DNA of 32,000 nucleotides from Xanthomonas campestris pv. campestris str. ATCC 33913 (GCF_000007145.1 NC_003902.1:4376497-4408496), one strand, 5' to 3'; positions 24,048 to 32,000 are shown, counted from the stretch's first letter. Notes: generated by a model from the sequence alone, not told the origin. Numbers and translations: made by a program.

Positions 24048-25232
24048 ATGAGTTGGGCTGGACACTTTCAATACGACATCGGCAAGAGTCGCCGTGCCGT
24101 GCCATCGGCGACCACACCGCAGTTCGATGCCACACGCCCGACCCTGCTGTGCCTGTCGCACCTGCGCTGGAGTTTTGTCTACCAGCGCCCGCAACATCTG
24201 ATGTCGCGCTTTGCGCAAGACGCCAACCTGCTGTTCTGGGAAGAACCCATCGCCTGCGACGAGCCCGAGCCCTGGCTGCAGGTGCGTGGCGAAGAAGGCG
24301 GCGTGCAGGTGCTGGCGCCGCGGCTGCCGGCCGGCTGCGACGGCGACGCCGCCACGCAGGTGCAGCGCCAGTTGCTGGACGGCTACCTGGCCGAGTTGGG
24401 CGTGCGCGATCTGGTGTTGTGGTACTACACGCCAATGAGCCTGCGCTTCAGCGATCACCTGCAGGCGCACACGGTGGTCTACGACTGCATGGACGAGTTA
24501 TCCGCCTTCCGTGGCGCGCCGCCGGAGCTGGTGCAGCGCGAACGCGAGCTGTTGCAGCGCGCCGATGTGGTGTTCACCGGTGGCTATAGCATCTGGGAAG
24601 CCAAGCGCGCCCTGCACGCCAACGCACACCCGTTCCCGAGCAGCGTGGACGTGGCGCATTTCGCCGCTGCGCGCACTGCGCAGGACGACCCACCGGATCA
24701 GGCCGACATCCCGCACCCGCGCCTGGGCTTCTACGGCGTGATCGATGAGCGTTTCGACGTGGCCTTGCTGGGTGAGATTGCCGCGCAGCGCCCGCAGTGG
24801 CAGTTCGTGATGATCGGCCCGGTGGTGAAGATCGACCCGGCCGAGCTGCCGCGTGCCAGCAACATCCATTACCTGGGCGGCAAGACCTACGACGAACTCC
24901 CCGGCTATCTCTCCGGGTGGGACGTGGCGTTGATGCCGTTCGCGTTGAACGCCTCCACGCGCTACATCAGCCCGACCAAGACGCCCGAATATCTGGCGGG
25001 CGGCTGCCCGGTGGTGTCCACGCCCATCCACGATGTGGTGCGCACCTACGGCGATACCGATGTGGTGCACATCGCCGAGACCCCGGCTGCATTCATCGCC
25101 GCCTGCGAGGCCGCGTTGCAGGACAGCGCCAACCGCGACCAGCTGCTGGAACGCGCCGACGCGGTGCTGGGCGATATGTCCTGGGATCACACCTACGATT
25201 TGATGAAGGAGAAGATCACATGGACACCCTGA
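24048..25232 (+). CDS. GT-B fold glycosyltransferase (GT1/GT4-like), candidate galactofuranosyltransferase, 394 aa
   Basis: ATG at 24048 with GAGG 7 nt upstream. ...LLCLSHLRWSFVYQRPQHLMSRFA... N-terminus and ...SPTKTPEYLAGGCPVVSTP... C-terminal nucleotide-sugar-binding-like motif. The 3' end overlaps glf by 13 nt. Confidence 0.85.
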   Translation: MSWAGHFQYDIGKSRRAVPSATTPQFDATRPTLLCLSHLRWSFVYQRPQHLMSRFAQDANLLFWEEPIACDEPEPWLQVRGEEGGVQVLAPRLPAGCDGDAATQVQRQLLDGYLAELGVRDLVLWYYTPMSLRFSDHLQAHTVVYDCMDELSAFRGAPPELVQRERELLQRADVVFTGGYSIWEAKRALHANAHPFPSSVDVAHFAAARTAQDDPPDQADIPHPRLGFYGVIDERFDVALLGEIAAQRPQWQFVMIGPVVKIDPAELPRASNIHYLGGKTYDELPGYLSGWDVALMPFALNASTRYISPTKTPEYLAGGCPVVSTPIHDVVRTYGDTDVVHIAETPAAFIAACEAALQDSANRDQLLERADAVLGDMSWDHTYDLMKEKITWTP

Positions 25233-26416
25233 AGGCTTCCGGCGGCGCACCACTGGCCACCGAGCGCAGCGGCAGCAGCCGCCGGCGTGGTTTCGATTAC
25301 CTGATTGTCGGCGCCGGCTTTGCCGGCAGCGTGCTGGCCGAACGCCTGGCCGCCGGCCTGGGCAAGCGCGTGCTGGTGGTCGACCGCCGTCCGCACATCG
25401 GCGGCAACGCCTACGACTTTCACGACGATGCGGGCGTGCTGATCCATCGCTATGGGCCGCACATCTTCCACACCAATGCGCAGCGCATCGTGGACTACCT
25501 GTCCAACTTCACCCAGTGGCGGCCGTACGAACACCGCGTGCTGGCGCAGGTGGGCGAGCAGCAGGTACCGATCCCGATCAACATGACCACCTTGAATGCA
25601 CTCTACGGCCTGCAGCTGCGCAGCGAAGAAGAAGCCGCCGCCTTCCTGGCCAGCCGCGCCGAACCGGTGGCCGAGATCCGCACCAGCGAAGACGTGGTGA
25701 TCAACCAGGTGGGCCGCGAGCTGTACGAGACCTTCTTCCGTGGCTATACGCGCAAGCAGTGGGGGCTGGATCCCTCGCAGCTGGACAAGTCGGTGACCTC
25801 GCGCGTGCCCACCCGCACCAACGACGACGACCGCTACTTCACCGACACCTTCCAGCAGATGCCGCTGCACGGCTACACGCGCATGTTCGAACGCATGCTC
25901 GACCACCCCAACATCAAGGTCATGCTCAACACCGACTACCGCGAGATCCGCGACGAGCTCGACTACGACCAGCTGGTGTACTGCGGGCCCATCGACGAGT
26001 ACTTCGACTATTGCTACGGCAAGCTGCCGTACCGCTCGTTGAAGTTCGAACACAGCACCGTGGACCAGGAGCAGTTTCAGGCAGTGGCCACGGTCAACTA
26101 CCCTGCCGAGGAGGTCGCCTACACCCGCATCACCGAGTACAAGCATCTCACCGGCCAGCAGCACCCCAAGACCAGCATCACCCACGAATACCCGTCTGCC
26201 GAGGGCGACCCGTACTACCCTATTCCGCGCGCGGAAAACGCCGAGCTGTACCGGCGTTACGAGCGGCTTGCCGCGGAAACGCCTAACGTCACCTTCCTTG
26301 GCCGGCTGGGCACCTACAAGTACTACAACATGGACCAGGTGGTGGGGCAGGCACTGGCCTTGTACAAGCGCATCGAAGATGCCGAGCACAAGCGCCGCGC
26401 CGAACTCGCCGCATGA
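25220..26416 (+). CDS. glf: UDP-galactopyranose mutase, 398 aa
   Basis: AAGGAG RBS. FDYLIVGAGFAGSVLAERLA (FAD GxGxxG), HIGGNAYD, IHRYGPHIFHTN, YTRKQWG, YPIP... are characteristic UGM motifs. Confidence 0.93.
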   Translation: MDTLKASGGAPLATERSGSSRRRGFDYLIVGAGFAGSVLAERLAAGLGKRVLVVDRRPHIGGNAYDFHDDAGVLIHRYGPHIFHTNAQRIVDYLSNFTQWRPYEHRVLAQVGEQQVPIPINMTTLNALYGLQLRSEEEAAAFLASRAEPVAEIRTSEDVVINQVGRELYETFFRGYTRKQWGLDPSQLDKSVTSRVPTRTNDDDRYFTDTFQQMPLHGYTRMFERMLDHPNIKVMLNTDYREIRDELDYDQLVYCGPIDEYFDYCYGKLPYRSLKFEHSTVDQEQFQAVATVNYPAEEVAYTRITEYKHLTGQQHPKTSITHEYPSAEGDPYYPIPRAENAELYRRYERLAAETPNVTFLGRLGTYKYYNMDQVVGQALALYKRIEDAEHKRRAELAA

Positions 26417-26509
26417 GGCATGACCGCACCAACCGGCAGCCACTTGCTGCCGGCCAGTGGTTTGACGATGCGACGTGGCTCCGGCGCGCGTCGTGCAGCA
26501 GGATGTGAG

Positions 26510-27661
26510 ATGCATACCCCCACAGTGTTCGACAGTTTCTTCATGGCCGGTTTCGAGTGCTCGACCCATCGCCGCCGCGATGGCCGCCGGCTCGATCTGA
26601 TTGCCGGCACCCGGCACGACCGCTGGGCGGCCAACGACTACCGCGCGGTGGCCGCGCATGGCTTGCGCACCGTACGCGATGGGCTGCGCTGGCATCTGAT
26701 CGAGCAGCGGCCCGGCCACTACGACTGGTCCAGCTTCCTGCCGATGCTGCATGCGGCGCAGGCCACCGGCACCCAGGTGATCTGGGACCTGTGCCATTAC
26801 GGGTGGCCGGATGATGTGGATATCTGGCGCCCGCAGTTCGTGGAGCGCTTTGCACGTTTCAGCGCTGCGGTGGCGCAGTGCGTCAAGAACGAAACCGACG
26901 CGGTGCCGGTGTATGCACCGCTCAACGAGATTTCGTACTGGGCCTGGGCGGGTGGCGATCAGGGCCGCATGCATCCACTGGCGCGCGGGCGTGGCTTCGA
27001 GCTCAAGCACCAACTGGTGCGCGCGAGCATCGCCGCGATCGAGGCGGTGCGCAGCGTGGAGCCGTGCGCGCGCTTCGTGCAGGTGGACCCGGCGATCCAT
27101 GTGGCCGCGTCCAACGACCGCCCCGGGCCACGGCGCGAAGCCGAACGTCTGCGGCAGGCGCAGTTCGAAGCCTGGGACATGCTGTGCGGCACGCAATGGC
27201 CGGGACTGGGCGGCGCGCCACAGTACCTGGACATGATTGGCGTGAACTACTACTCCAACAATCAGTGGTATCTGGGCGGGGCCACCATCGCGGCAGATTC
27301 GCCCGACTACCGCCCGTTCTCGGAGATGCTTGGCGAGATCTGGCAGCGCTATCAACGCCCGATCGTAGTGGCAGAAACCGGCGCCGAAGGCGACCACCGC
27401 GCCCGCTGGCTCGATCATGTGGGCGGCGAAGTGGCGCTGGCGCTGCAGCGTGGTGTGGCGATGGAAGGCCTGTGCCTGTATCCAGTGCTCGACTACCCCG
27501 GCTGGGAGAACAACCGTCACTGCCCCACCGGGCTGCTCGGCTACGCCGATGCGGCCGGCGAGCGCGAGGTGCATGCCGAACTGGCCGCGCAGCTGCGCCA
27601 CGAACAGGTGCGCTTCGGGTTCTCCGCACCACAGTTTGCCCTGGACGACATCGCCACATGA
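26510..27661 (+). CDS. Clan GH-A (GH1-like) TIM-barrel glycoside-hydrolase-family protein, no signal peptide, 383 aa
   Basis: FFMAGFECSTH N-terminus. NE acid/base-like motif (YAPLNEISYW) and ETG nucleophile-like motif (IVVAETGAEG). The start is uncertain (ATG 26510 preferred; 26420 and 26468 are possible). The stop overlaps the ABC gene start (ATGA). Confidence 0.75.
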   Translation: MHTPTVFDSFFMAGFECSTHRRRDGRRLDLIAGTRHDRWAANDYRAVAAHGLRTVRDGLRWHLIEQRPGHYDWSSFLPMLHAAQATGTQVIWDLCHYGWPDDVDIWRPQFVERFARFSAAVAQCVKNETDAVPVYAPLNEISYWAWAGGDQGRMHPLARGRGFELKHQLVRASIAAIEAVRSVEPCARFVQVDPAIHVAASNDRPGPRREAERLRQAQFEAWDMLCGTQWPGLGGAPQYLDMIGVNYYSNNQWYLGGATIAADSPDYRPFSEMLGEIWQRYQRPIVVAETGAEGDHRARWLDHVGGEVALALQRGVAMEGLCLYPVLDYPGWENNRHCPTGLLGYADAAGEREVHAELAAQLRHEQVRFGFSAPQFALDDIAT

Positions 27662-29442
27662 GTACCGCCGCCGCCGCGCAATCGGAGTTGCTGCCGGCCA
27701 GGCCGGCACGTTTTCTGTGGCACTACATCTGCCAACGTCCGTGGCACTTCGGTGGGCTGCTGGTGTTGATCATCGGCGCGGCCGGCTGCGCGGTCGCGGT
27801 GCAGTACGGCATGAAGCTGCTGGTGGATGCCATGTCCACCGATCAGCGCACCCAGGCCGATGTGTGGACACCGCTGGGCCTGTTCATCGGGTTGATTGCG
27901 GTGGAAAACCTGTTCTGGCGGCTGGGCGGCTGGTTGGGTTGCCGCACCGTGGTGGCCAGCGTAGTGGATATCCGGGTGGACCTATTCCGCCATCTCACCG
28001 GCCACCCGATGCGCTATTTCACCGAGCATTTTGCCGGTGCGCTGGGCAACCGCATCACCGCCTTGGGCACCGCGGCCGGGCAGATCTATGGCGGCCTGGC
28101 GTGGAAGATCCTGCCGCCCATCGTCGACTTCATCGGCGCCATCGTGGTGTTGTTCACCGTGGACTGGCGCATGGCCGCCACCTTGATCGGTTTTGTGGCG
28201 GTGGTGGCCGCGATCATTACCGGCTTCGGCATCCGCGGCCGTGCCAAGCATCAGAGCTTTGCCGCGCAGGCCGCACGCGTGGGCGGCGAGCTGGTGGATG
28301 CGGTGTCCAACGTGTGGACGATCAAGGCCTTTGCCGCACGCGACCGCGAGAGCGCGCGCCTGGCGCAGGAGATCGGCCACGAGGCGGTCGCGCACCGCCG
28401 AAGCTGGATGTATGTGGAAAAAGCCCGCGTCATCCACGACATCTGCCTGTCGATCATGGCGGGCGGCATGCTGATCTGGGCGATCAGCGCCTGGCGCGGC
28501 GGCGCGGTGAGTGCCGGCGATGTGGTGCTGGTCAGTGCCTTGACCTTCCGCATCCTGCACGGCTCACGCGACCTGGCATTGACCCTGGTCGACACCACGC
28601 AGCAGCTGGGCGCCATCGCCGATACCTTGCAGATCATCCTGCAGCCGCACGCCCTGCCCGATGCCGATGCACCGCTGGCGCTGGCCGAAGGCGACGTGCG
28701 TTTTGAAGGCGTGCGCTTTGCCTACCCGGACCGCCCTGCGGTGATCGAGGCACTGGATCTGCACATTCCCGCCGGGCAGAAGGTGGGCATCGTTGGCCCA
28801 TCCGGCGCCGGCAAGTCCACGCTGATCGCCTTGATCCAGCGGCTGGATGATGTGGAATCGGGCCGTGTGTTGATCGACGGCCAGGACATCCGCAGCGTGA
28901 GCCAGGACAGCCTGCGCGACCGCATTGCCGTGGTGCCGCAGGAAACGGCGCTATTCAACCGCAGCATCGCCGACAACATCCGCTACGGCCGCCCGGAAGC
29001 CAGCGATGCCGAGGTCCACACTGCGGCACGGCACGCCTTCTGCGATGGCTTCATCCGCGAACTGCCGCAGGGCTACAACACGCTGGTTGGCGAGCGCGGC
29101 GTGATGCTGTCGGGCGGCCAGCGGCAACGCCTGGGCATTGCGCGTGCGTTCCTCAAGGACGCCCCGATCCTGATCCTCGACGAAGCCACCTCCGCGCTGG
29201 ACACCGAATCCGAGGCAGAGATCCAGTCCGCACTGGACCACCTGATGCGCGGCCGCACGGTACTGGCGGTGGCCCACCGCTTGTCCACGGTGATCGGCTT
29301 CGATCGCATCGTGGTGCTGCAGGACGGGCGCATCGTCGAAGACGGCAGCCCGGCCGAACTGCGTGGACGCGGCGGCGTGTTCGACAGCCTATGGCAACGC
29401 CAGGCGGCGGGCTTCGAACAGCCGGTGGCGGAAGATGCGTGA
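27658..29442 (+). CDS. ABC exporter, fused permease + ATPase (MsbA/NdvA-like half transporter), 594 aa
   Basis: N-terminal TM domain, Walker A GPSGAGKST, signature LSGGQRQR, Walker B ILILDEATSALD, H-loop AHRLST. ATG at 27658 overlaps the preceding stop. Confidence 0.92.
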   Translation: MSTAAAAQSELLPARPARFLWHYICQRPWHFGGLLVLIIGAAGCAVAVQYGMKLLVDAMSTDQRTQADVWTPLGLFIGLIAVENLFWRLGGWLGCRTVVASVVDIRVDLFRHLTGHPMRYFTEHFAGALGNRITALGTAAGQIYGGLAWKILPPIVDFIGAIVVLFTVDWRMAATLIGFVAVVAAIITGFGIRGRAKHQSFAAQAARVGGELVDAVSNVWTIKAFAARDRESARLAQEIGHEAVAHRRSWMYVEKARVIHDICLSIMAGGMLIWAISAWRGGAVSAGDVVLVSALTFRILHGSRDLALTLVDTTQQLGAIADTLQIILQPHALPDADAPLALAEGDVRFEGVRFAYPDRPAVIEALDLHIPAGQKVGIVGPSGAGKSTLIALIQRLDDVESGRVLIDGQDIRSVSQDSLRDRIAVVPQETALFNRSIADNIRYGRPEASDAEVHTAARHAFCDGFIRELPQGYNTLVGERGVMLSGGQRQRLGIARAFLKDAPILILDEATSALDTESEAEIQSALDHLMRGRTVLAVAHRLSTVIGFDRIVVLQDGRIVEDGSPAELRGRGGVFDSLWQRQAAGFEQPVAEDA

Positions 29443-29463
29443 GGGGCGGTATGGCTGCGCGCA

Positions 29464-29538
29464 GGCTTGCGTTGCTGAGCTTTGCGGGGCTTGAAGTAGA
29501 CCTGCGTTTTTGAGAAACGTGGCAGCAGCGCAAGCCTA
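29464..29538. repeat. 15-bp inverted repeat (long stem-loop) just after the ABC gene stop
   Basis: AGGCTTGCGTTGCTG (29464-29478) is complementary to CAGCAGCGCAAGCCT (29524-29538) with one G-T mismatch. The 45-nt interior contains a small CGTTT/AAACG hairpin. No T tract follows. Confidence 0.5.
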
Positions 29539-29630
29539 CTTCCGGGGCGTGGCGCTCGGTACACGCAGACACAGTTGGATCACTCAGCGAGACGAAGCGG
29601 CCTCAGTTAAGACGAGGCGGCACAGGCAGG

Positions 29631-29654
29631 ATGCGAATGCGAATGCGAATGCGA
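29631..29654. repeat. Hexanucleotide microsatellite (ATGCGA) x 4
   Basis: Four perfect tandem copies read directly from the sequence. They lie in an ORF-poor, visibly lower-GC stretch. Confidence 0.95.
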
Positions 29655-30075
29655 AACGTTGCCCTGCCATCTCCGCCTTCGGGCAGCTACTCAAACATCA
29701 GCGAGTGCTGCTCGTAGCCCACCAGGGGACTGAGCGACGAGGGGGCCATGAAGAATTGATGCCGCGTCGGCCCGGACAGAGCTTCCGCGATTTAATGCGC
29801 GCAGCTGCCAGCTACGGGGCGCGCTGCCTGCTCTTTGGGTCGGTCCAGGTATCTGACGACACCACGCTAAGCCACCATCAGAATCACAACAGCGCAGCAA
29901 ATCGTCACGCAGCCAAGCACAGGGCGAGTGCCGGTATGCGGCAATCTCTCATGACTTTGGTGGTCGAACGAACACGAGGATGTAAAAGGGGAAACAAGCA
30001 CCTTCGTAGCTTGTGGTACCTACGCACGTGCAGTGATCTGGATGCAATCGATGCCCTCGAATGCGATCTGCCTAC

Positions 30076-30109
30076 GCGAAAAGAACAAGGGCGACCGTGG
30101 CCGCCCTTG
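30076..30109 (-). terminator. Intrinsic terminator for the minus-strand DUF3606-like gene
   Basis: On the minus strand: CAAGGGCG-gccacggt-CGCCCTTG followed by TTCTTTTCGCG. About 100 nt downstream of the stop at 30208. Confidence 0.7.
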
Positions 30110-30207
30110 CTTCCCATCACTTCCACTACTGATCAACTCAGCAGGCACCCGGTCACACACACCTACAGTTCGGCTAGGCGCAGCCTGCGGTCAGGTATCA
30201 GGCTACC

Positions 30208-30387
30208 TCAATGCGGCGGCCGATAATCCCGCAGCTTGGTGGTGACGTTGCCGACCTCCTCAACCGCAGCCCGCAGATCGTCTTCAGACATCCCCAGTTC
30301 GCGGGCCCAATACTGCAGCTCCCATTCCTCGCTGATGCTCACGTGTTCCATGTCGGTGGGTTTGCGGTTTGCGTCTGCTGTGCTCAT
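30208..30387 (-). CDS. DUF3606-like small protein, 59 aa (below the ORF-track cutoff)
   Basis: Hand translation: MSTADANRKPTDMEHVSISEEWELQYWARELGMSEDDLRAAVEEVGNVTTKLRDYRPPH*. The E.WEL.YWA..LG.S...L..AV..VG pattern matches my memory of DUF3606. GC3-rich, with a terminator downstream. Confidence 0.6.
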   Translation of the reverse strand: MSTADANRKPTDMEHVSISEEWELQYWARELGMSEDDLRAAVEEVGNVTTKLRDYRPPH

Positions 30388-30434
30388 TGGCGTATTCCGT
30401 TGGCGTATGTCTGCCAGGTGCGCTGGTGGTCAGA

Positions 30435-31056
30435 TCAATGCGTCTGCGTGCGCTTGGCCTTGAGCCCGCGCGCATGCTCCAGGTGTTCGGCAATCATGTC
30501 GCGCTCGCGCTTGAGCTCCTTGCCCAGGTCGCTGGAGCCCGGCTCGCTGCTGACCTGCGCGTCCAGCACGGCGAGCGCCTTTTCATGACTGATCACCGAT
30601 GCCTGCAGGTATTCGCGCTCGAACTCCTGTGCATGCAATCCGTCCAGACGCTTGCGACCGGTTTCGAACTGGGCAAGCGTGGACTTGGCCTGCGCACTGC
30701 TGCGATCCGGCCCGAAGCGGCTGAGGTCGGTGAGTGCGGCGCTGTGCGCCTGGTCCATCTTGCGGGCGAACTCCAGCACCTCGCCAACCGCGCCCTTGGT
30801 GACGGCCAGCTGCGCCAGGGTGCGCTCTTGCTCGTGGAACACCGACAACGCACCGAGCGCCTGCAGCGTGCTGCGTATCGCGCTGGGCGTCATTCTGCAG
30901 GGCACCGCGCAGCGGGTCGCCGTGCGGCGGCGTGCTGCCGTCCTGCTGCGTATCGCCCTGCTGCGTATCAGTCGCCAACCCCTGGCGGCGCTGCCAGGCC
31001 TTGTAGGCGATGACGCCCACGGCGCCGGCGGTCACGAGCTTCAAGATGCTTCCCAT
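30435..31056 (-). pseudogene. DUF4142-family protein apparently split by a +1 frame change (membrane anchor in one frame, DUF4142 domain in the next)
   Basis: ATG 31056 (GGAG RBS) encodes MGSILKLVTAGAVGVIAYKAW...DTQQGDTQQDGS..., whose GC3 bias collapses near 30865-30900. The +1 frame then becomes GC3-rich and encodes a DUF4142-like domain (...LAQLAVTKGAVGEVLEFARKMDQAHS...FEREYLQASVISHEKAL...) ending at 30435. Confidence 0.5.
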
Positions 31057-31297
31057 TGCGGTCTCCTGCAGAGTGTGGATTGTTGAAGATGGCCAGCGGC
31101 GCGAGCTGCTTACAGCCACCGTGCGAGTCGATCCAGCCTGCGAGCGGCGGGGTTAGCCACGCGTGACCTGCGCATCAACACCGCGTCGCTGCGCGTGCGC
31201 GTCCACATCACACGCACGCGCCGTGCTGAGGTTTTTAACGCCGCCCCATCAACACTGCGTGCGTTGCCGCTGACCGCCGGCCCTCACGGAGAACTGC

Positions 31298-32000
31298 ATG
31301 CTCGCCCTCAACTATCACGGCTCGCGCGATGTGCGGGTTGAAACGGTACCCGACCCGTTGCTGGTGGAACGCGACGACCTGATCCTGCGGGTGACCGCCA
31401 CCGCGATCTGCGGTTCGGACCTGCATCTGTATCACGGCAAGATTCCCGACCTGCGCCCTGGCGACATTCTCGGCCACGAATTCATGGGTATCGTGGAAGA
31501 GGTGGGCCCGGATGTCACCGCAGTGCGTCCGGGCGACCGTGTGGTGATTCCGTTCGTGGTGGCGTGCGGCCAGTGCTTCCACTGCCTGCTGCAGGAATTT
31601 TCGGCCTGCGAAACTACCAACACCGGCAAGGGTGCGGCGCTCAACCACAAAGACATGCGCCCGCCTGCGGCATTGTTTGGCTTCAGCCATCTTTATGGCG
31701 GTTTGTCTGGTGGGCAGGCGGAATACGTGCGCGTACCCAAGGCCAACGTCGGCCCGCTGGTGGTGCCCGATGCCCTGCACGATGAGCAGGTGTTGTTCCT
31801 CTCCGACATCCTGCCCACCGGCTACCAGGCGGTGGTGGACGCAGGCGTCAAGCAGAGGTCCACCGTGGCCATCTTCGGCGCTGGCCCGGTCGGCCTGATG
31901 GCCGCGGCGTGCTGCCGCATGCTGGGCGCCGAACGGGTGTTCATGGTCGACCGCCACGCCTACCGGCTGGACTTCGCATCACGCACCTACGGTGTCATCC
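31298..32000 (+). CDS. Zn-dependent alcohol dehydrogenase (MDR superfamily), 5' part, continues beyond the window
   Basis: Hand translation from ATG 31298 (GGAG 6 nt upstream): [20 protein letters not shown]...CGSDLHLY...[12 protein letters not shown]...CGQCFHC...[10 protein letters not shown]. No stop before nt 32000, so it is absent from the ORF track. The 240-aa antisense ORF is rejected. Confidence 0.85.
   Translation, partial: MLALNYHGSRDVRVETVPDPLLVERDDLILRVTATAICGSDLHLYHGKIPDLRPGDILGHEFMGIVEEVGPDVTAVRPGDRVVIPFVVACGQCFHCLLQEFSACETTNTGKGAALNHKDMRPPAALFGFSHLYGGLSGGQAEYVRVPKANVGPLVVPDALHDEQVLFLSDILPTGYQAVVDAGVKQRSTVAIFGAGPVGLMAAACCRMLGAERVFMVDRHAYRLDFASRTYGVI

Noticed and set aside
25193-27709. 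838-aa minus-strand ORF spanning glf and the GH-like gene. Similar long antisense ORFs occur at 10905-13304 (+), 364-1935 (+), 8350-9360 (-), 6823-7845 (-), 22966-24435 (-), 15625-16899 (+) and 31235-31957 (-).
   Set aside because: Each lies opposite a gene with clear family motifs. Their products are Arg/Gly/Ala/His-rich low-complexity strings without motifs. Long stop-free antisense frames are expected at this GC content.
27718-27733. Sigma-54 promoter-like TGGCAC-N5-CTGCC inside the ABC gene, and TGGCACTGCGCGCGG at 4649-4663.
   Set aside because: The first is intragenic with an imperfect -12 element. The second has the wrong GG-GC spacing. Neither is upstream of a plausible target, so I do not call them promoters.
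29510-30226. 238-aa plus-strand ORF across the low-GC stretch.
   Set aside because: It has no GC3 bias, no RBS and an implausible composition. It runs through the microsatellite and the minus-strand terminator and overlaps the better-supported DUF3606-like gene.
1-32000. Search for tRNA/rRNA genes, CRISPR arrays, IS or integrase genes, and toxin-antitoxin or phage-defence modules.
   Set aside because: I saw no T-loop-like GGTTCGAATCC motifs, no spaced direct-repeat array, no transposase or integrase motifs and no terminal inverted repeats flanking a gene block.

Overview
High-GC (Xanthomonas-like, inferred from composition and gene content) chromosomal window, densely coding. I support about 30 protein genes and found no rRNA, tRNA, CRISPR array, IS element or integrase. 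All family calls rest on motif recognition by eye; no searches were run.

Left to right:
- APC amino-acid permease.
- LytS-type histidine kinase, LytTR regulator and Cys-rich lipoprotein operon.
- Tat-signal D-amino-acid-oxidase-like flavoprotein whose domain order looks circularly permuted.
- Isochorismatase-family hydrolase.
- Stress module: yciE, yciF, Mn-catalase and a disordered protein.
- Signalling locus: a 1177-aa CheB-like/CheR/PAS/HWE kinase, a single-domain receiver, a 76-aa free-standing H-box ORF and a sigma-54 (NtrC-type) activator.
- Cytochrome bd (cydAB).
- Small stress-type genes: a hydrophilic 61-aa ORF, an internally duplicated membrane protein and a YghA-like SDR.
- galE, glycosyltransferase, glf, clan GH-A-like hydrolase and MsbA-like ABC exporter operon, which implies a galactofuranose glycoconjugate.
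- A visibly lower-GC, ORF-poor stretch with an (ATGCGA)x4 microsatellite.
- A DUF3606-like ORF absent from the ORF track, an apparently frameshifted DUF4142 gene, and the 5' part of a Zn-alcohol dehydrogenase that runs off the right edge.

Most interesting candidates: the possible His-Asp-His-Asp phosphorelay built around the mini H-box ORF, the permuted periplasmic DAAO homologue, and the Galf operon. Most long ORFs antisense to these genes are high-GC artefacts.
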